Shown here: piece by piece, positions 58,036 to 64,000 of the stretch
How the letters are laid out: every line of letters begins with the position of its first letter
Position numbering within the stretch: position 1 is the first letter of the stretch
The notes under the pieces: generated by a model
Seen by the model: only the letters and a program-made list of their open reading frames with translations
The model's database searches: none
Told to the model about the DNA's origin: nothing
Assembly: GCA_004431415.1 (NCBI GenBank)
Contig: QPMI01000393.1
Span: forward strand, 23,830-87,829
Direction: 5' to 3'
Source: Cyanophora paradoxa CCMP329
Taxonomy: Eukaryota > Plantae > Glaucophyta
DNA: 64,000 nt
Program-made: the position numbers and the translations under genes

Positions 58036-61000
58036 ATGCGGTTCGCGATTGACGGGTTCTGGATCGCGTCTGCGAGTTGCGCACTCGTCGCCATATGCTT
58101 TTGGGCGTTCTGCGGCTGGCCACGGACTCCAGGCCTGGCGATAGGGGCACTCGCTGATCATGACTTGGACCACGAGCTCGACCACGCGCATGCGCACGAG
58201 CTCGAGCTCGTCTGCTGGTGGCTCCAGCGGGCTACGCGTCCCGGCCTGCTCGGACCTCCGGACGATCTCTATGTTCGAAGTGAGCACATCTAGATCTTTC
58301 GAATTCCTGTCTCAGGACCCGGGCCAGCTGGCCTCGGCAACGTTGACGCAAGCTTACGTATACACCCCGCGCGCGGGCCTAGGGCTGGTCCGTTACGTGC
58401 GAGATGATGTCGACGTCGGAGCTGCGCTTACGCACGCCCTCCGCTGCCTGTCGGCGCGGCTGGAAGACCGGCGACTCGGATTCGTCGCGGCGTTCAAGAC
58501 CCTCGCCGTGGCGCTCCGCATCATCGACGGCACAGCTGCAGCTGCGGATGCCAGGCCTAGCTATAGGGCCCGCGGCCGATCGGCCATGAATTCGAAACAA
58601 ATGCACGGTACGCGTACGCCCGCGCCGTGCGCGTGCGCATGCATATATATGTGGGCAATATTAATCATGATCACATGCATATGTACTTATATAATTCCGA
58701 ACGCGCAGCGAACACGACGACGCGGCAGGCGTTGGATGAGATATCGATGACAGCCGCCGTTGAAGCGCTCCCCGCGCGGTGGGACCGGGCGGTAAATCCA
58801 GCCGAAAGAGGGGATCCCGAGCAGCAAGACGCGTCTGCGGTTGCGATCATTCAAGAGTCGATCTCCGTCCTGTCGTCTCTCGTCGCCGTGCTCGCAGAGA
58901 AGCTGCGAGCGCTGTCGAGCCCTGATACCGATTCTGCATATGTCGGCCGGGGCGCCTGCCAGTGCGTCGATCCGATCCGGACACCTATACGCCGCAATCC
59001 GATCATCTAGATCTCACGCCATAATACGTAATTGTATAATTATTTCTACAATTTTCTCTCGCAGGGGCGCTCGTGGCTTGCAGAAATTGACAAGAGCACT
59101 CAACGTGGTCCCTGTCATTGGAAAGGCCCTGCAAGTGGCCCTCTGGTGCGCTCTGTTCTCTCACTTCACCATGTATCAATATTTGACGGATCCGAATACA
59201 TATCGACGCCGCTGACGTCGACGGGGCTGGGGCTGGCCTGGGCGCCGTCTGGGGCAGGCACGCGGACGGGCGCCGGGCGCTGGAGGAGGACGCGGTGCTG
59301 TCCGCGGGCCCCGACGAGAGTTCCTCTGACTGGGAGGTCATCTCCCGCCAGGCGAGTTTACATTTAGAAAACTTATATTATCGAGACGTACAATTTTGGA
59401 AGCGACTGACCGCAACATTATCAAGCAGAAGGCTGCGGCGCTACCTCTGCTGCTGTGCGAGGCCAGGGCGGTGCTCGGCTCCGCACTGGCCTGCCTCGGG
59501 GATCTAGATCTAGATCTACAAGGTGCGCATATATATGCTCTTGTGCTCTTGGGGGAGCGTTGTGAGCTCTTGTGAGCTCCAGCTGTTGCGAGCTTTGTAG
59601 CAGCCCCCCGGCGCCCGCTAAGCTATAGCCAGACTTTATAATGGATAAACATTGTGTCTCCGATCCGTATTTAATTTGCTGACTGCGTGAAGCTTCAACT
59701 TCCTCGCAGGAGTTTGAGCTCAAGGCCAGTCGCGAGATCGTTCGCACAGCACACCGTTCGCTGCTGGTAAATTACATTGCTCGATCGCGAGAGGCAGGTG
59801 TTAATGATCATGCTCATGATCATGATCATGATACGTGCACGCAGGCGTTTTCGCGAGAGGCTGAAAAGATACGCCAAGTGCGAGATGCGGGGATTGGTTT
59901 GCCCGACCTAAATCATGAAAATGAGGACGAGCTCAAATTTGAAGTAAGCTTGCTTTGCGCATGCTTATAATTACACCAATATTTAATTTGAAACATAGCT
60001 AATATTATATTCCTGAGCTCGAGCTCATGATCGATCGCGTATACGTACAGAATTCGAACTTCGACCATGCGCATCAAGCCTACCGGCCTTGCGATTGGGA
60101 GACCTTCGAGTTCTCCCGGCCGAAAGGAGATGGCCAGGATGATCTCGAATGGGCCGAGGCCGGATTCGAATTACCGCATCGAAACTTCGACACGTGGAGA
60201 ATCGACACCCGAAAGGTGCGTATGTGCATGCGCACTAAGATAGTATACACACCTGCAAGCTGCAGCTGATTTGAGCGTGCAGTTGAGACTTGGCAAGCGA
60301 ATTGCGCGAGACACCGGCGGACACGATGACACGCTCGTCGAAGTGTTTCAAGGACAATACAGAGGTTCGTTAAATAAATTGGGCCTGTGAACACACTCGT
60401 GATCAAGCTTTGACGGCTTCGCGATTGCAGGCAAGGACGTCGCCGTGAAGAGGATGACGCACAGGGACGAGTACGCGCACGCCGCCTCGGACACCGAGCG
60501 GCAGATGTTCCTCAGGCTGCGGGGCGAAGCAAAGCTGCACTGGTGCGTTTCGAGTCCGATAGATCGCGATTAAAACATATTCGACAATATTAATGCATAT
60601 GCCACTTTCACGATCATCGACATCCCATAATGATCATGCTCGAGCTCGATTGCGAGCTCATGTTAACGTCGTGCAGGTCCCTGCAGTCTCCGCGGGTCGT
60701 CGCCCTCGTCGGGGCTTCGCTTAGGCCCCCCGGCCCCGTGCTCGGTGAGGGGCTCTTGCCGTAATACCGTAGAAGTACGAAGGAGGGTTAATTTAAATCC
60801 AACAGTCACGGAGTACATGGCACGAGGGAACTTGAAACAGATTATTCGGGTGCGCTTTGCGCTTGCACTTGCAATTGCGCGTTTATATCAAATAATTACT
60901 TGAAGCATAATATATATAAAATAATCATGCGCACACGCGCGATAAGATTCAAATGAGAAACCCGCGTGATATTATTAAATATTCCAAAATCACGCGCTCG

Positions 61001-62179
61001 TGCACGCGTACATTTACTTCAAATTTAAATCATCACATTCGAATTTCAATTTGCAGAACAGCTCCTTAATCCAGGCGCTGGACTGGAGTAGGATCGTGAT
61101 GATGGCTCTTCAGGCTTCCGAAGGTGCGAGAACTGTTGATATGCATATGACTGATCATAATTTTGAATCGTTTGTTCTGCGCCCAGGCCTGCATTTTCTC
61201 CACAGCAGAGCGCCCCCTGTGATACACAGAGACGTCAAGGTGTGCGATTTGTGAAGCCTACGCGCGTCGTTTACTGATACTTCAGCATACGCATATTCCA
61301 ATCTAATTTCTTGACCATGTGATTAGTCGGAGAATTTCTTTGTTGTGCGTAAATGATCGTTTACAAGTTGCATACGCATTCTCGATTCGGATCTGACTGT
61401 GCAGGAACATAGGACGACCGGTTTAACGTCAAGATTGGCGGTCCGTTAACGCTACCCATTTCTTAAGCTTGTCCTCGAGTTTTGTTGGGGATGTGGTTTG
61501 ATGCTTTGCGCAGACTTGGGTCTTGCGCGATCGCTCTTAGATGGGCCTCTGTCGCAGGAGGGAATCCACCCCGTCGGCGACCGCCACGTACGTGTACCCC
61601 TCTTCCGTTCGAATAAAATTATAATTAATATGAATAGTGCATTTGTGATCGAGCTCACGCTCGCCGCTCATGATCACGCTCAATTCCGTTCAAAAACCAT
61701 TTCGTCTCATGCGCGGCGGCCGCGGGCAGTACCGGGCGCCGGAGGTGGAGCGGATGGGGCCGTACAGCGAGCAAAGCGACGTGTTCGGCCTCGGGGTCGT
61801 CCTCTGGGAGCTCCTCGCCCGCCGCCCCGTCGACGGCTGGGTCCGCCACGAGCACGTGCGCCCACCCCGTGAGCTCTCAACTAAATACCTATCGCAATTG
61901 GCTCAGCTTTTAGTTTTCCCACCCGTTTTATATTGCAACGTTGATCATGACGTGATCATGATCGATATCAACATTGCGCAGATCAGAGCGCGGGTAATGG
62001 AGGGGGGCGAGCGGCCGCCCGTCCCGCCCGACCTTCCGCCCGCCCTCGCGGGGCTCCTCGCGCGCTGCTGGGCCGAGGACCCTTCCGCCCGGCCCCCCAC
62101 CGCCGAGATCGTGGACACCCTGCGGCAGGCGGTAGACGTCGCAGCAGCTGCAGTATCGATGAGCCCTATACTTAACTAG
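58036..62179 (+). CDS. TKL protein kinase, copy 2 (5' end uncertain)
   Basis: Same exons as 15254-19652 (HRDVK, DLGLAR, YRAPE, SDVFG). Confidence 0.75.
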
Positions 62180-62774
62180 GCCTTGACGACATGTGTAAAT
62201 ATGTACTACTGCACGCACAGATTGCATTAGCATGCATATGCGCATGCATATGACCTGGCCCCCCATATGCACGGCCAACGGGGGGCTCTTTAATCGAGAC
62301 CGAGATCCTTACATGGCGTTTCATGATTAGGCGCATCCCTAGCTAACCACAATTACTTGAAAGCCCCTCAGGTATCCTAGCTATAGCAAGCAACATGAAA
62401 CATGAATTCATTCTTGCCATCACATATAGAAGTCCTATGCGAAAATCTCGCTAACTATTAATTAAATGGGCGCGGGGGCGCCGGGCGGGCGGATCGGCAG
62501 CCATGCCCGAGCCTGCAGTGCCAGATGCGCCTGACAGCAAGCCCGGTCCAAGGCCTAGGCCTAGGAATCTCAGCCACAGCATCGTCCACGCTGAACAACA
62601 TCCACTGCTAACATAAATGGAAATGGGGACTGCCTCGAATCCCCGCAAAAACATGCAACTCTGCGAACTAGAAAGAAACTACCTCGTGAAAAAGAGAGGC
62701 GCCTCAGAGTCTCGCGCCCAAGCAAAAACGCTGGTCCGAAAAAGATTGTGGGAACGGTAGCAGCTCAAATGAAA

Positions 62775-64000
62775 TCAGAGGTGCTCGATGATGCCCACGT
62801 GGATGGCCTGCGCACTAAGTGAGCGACGGGGGAAGGGCGGAGGAGGGTACGCGTGCGGGCGCGCCTCTGTGTAGTGCTCCTCGAGCGTCGTGACCTCGAC
62901 GGTGTTAGTAATGGGCCCGGGTACGTCTCCCTTGAAGATAGCCTGCGGGGAACGGTCAAGAGGAAGGGGGTACGCGTAACGAACAGGGGTACGCTGCGCG
63001 CCTGCACGCAGAACTCGTAGAGAGTGTTCGGCTCGAGCCCGGTCACGACGTGCACGACCGGCCGCTTGCGCACCGCCTCCGCCTGGGGATCCTGCACGCG
63101 TACCCCCCATTCGCTCGGGCCCCGAGAACGTGGGGGTACGGGCTCTCGCACATCGATCGGCAGGTCGAAGGGTACGACGTTGTCGGCAACGAGGTCGCCG
63201 TCCTGGTACACCTGCGAAAGCGCGTGCAGGTTCGAATCCGGACGGAGGGAATGTTGAACACGAAGGGGGGTACGTGTACGGACCTGGTAGTGGTCGACGT
63301 CCGGAAGCTCCAGGCGATTGAACTGCGAAGCAGACGCGCGCGCGCGCACCACCATCAGGGCAAGGGAAAACGAGAAAAACGAGGGGGGAGGGGAAGAAGC
63401 GAAGGAACCTCGAGGACGGCGTTGTCGGCCTGCACGTCGGCGACGCGGACAGCGAAGGGAGCCCGCATGGAGCGGCCGCTGGGGACGCCGGGCGTCGTCG
63501 CGAGCACGGGGCTCGGCACCGTCGCGACGGCCTTGCCGCCCGAGAGCGCCGTCACCGAGATCGCGTAGGTCGTGCTGGGGGAGAGCCCCTGGAGGACGTA
63601 GGGGATCGGGTCCTCGCGCCGGGGTAGAGGCACGAAGTTGCGCGGCCTCACGACCCCGATCTTCACGCCGTCCACGAAGACCTGCCGTACCCCCCCCCCT
63701 TTCAGAAGATGGGGGTGAGGGGGAGGAGATGGGGGTACGTGCGCGCCTCGTACTCGTCGATCTCGACGGAGGTCGGCAGGCCCTCCGGTCGCTTCCACTC
63801 GACCGCCGCGCTCCGGGACTGGGTACAGTTGAGAATGGGGTACAGGGGGTACACGAGTTGGAGAGGGGGGGTACCTGGACTTCCTTGAGCTCGATTCCAA
63901 AGGTGACGGTCTCCGGAGGGGAAGGAAGGAGGCGGGGGGTAGGGGCCCGCGGCGGGAGGACGGCGACGGAGACGGGGGTAGAGGAGAGGCCGTCCAAGTC
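62775..64000 (-). CDS. Fibronectin type III repeat protein, 3' exons only (runs off the window)
   Basis: VLQGLSPSTTYAISVTA and VVTGLEPNTLYEFCVQA FN3 signatures; stop at 62775. Confidence 0.75.

Overview
Eukaryotic, GC-rich, intron-dense host DNA, probably from a plastid-bearing protist or alga (inferred from a TerC gene with a transit-peptide-like N-terminus). It is interrupted by an AT-rich endogenous Polinton-like virus (PLV) at 21709-49513 (27.8 kb) with mirror-image 1359-bp terminal inverted repeats (TIRs), a 6-bp target site duplication (ATAGGG) and a 95-nt hairpin at each terminus. The provirus encodes two minor capsid proteins, a double jelly-roll major capsid protein, an A32-like packaging ATPase, a primase-polymerase/D5 helicase, a protein-primed PolB whose proofreading domain appears destroyed, and an rve integrase. 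Its accessory genes are a patatin-discoidin lipase, five fiber-like genes and a prokaryotic-type S-adenosylmethionine decarboxylase. About 11 single-base frameshifts, all in the same direction, look like long-read errors, so the virus is probably intact. It inserted into a TPR-repeat host gene. The host flanks carry terC, a peroxidase-DOMON-cytochrome b561-cytochrome b5-FNR fusion gene, a duplicated block (surface glycoprotein plus TKL kinase) on both sides of the provirus, nested MITEs, a tiny structured SINE-like element with 15-16 bp TSDs, and the 3' part of an FN3-repeat gene. Host gene boundaries were read by eye across introns and are approximate.
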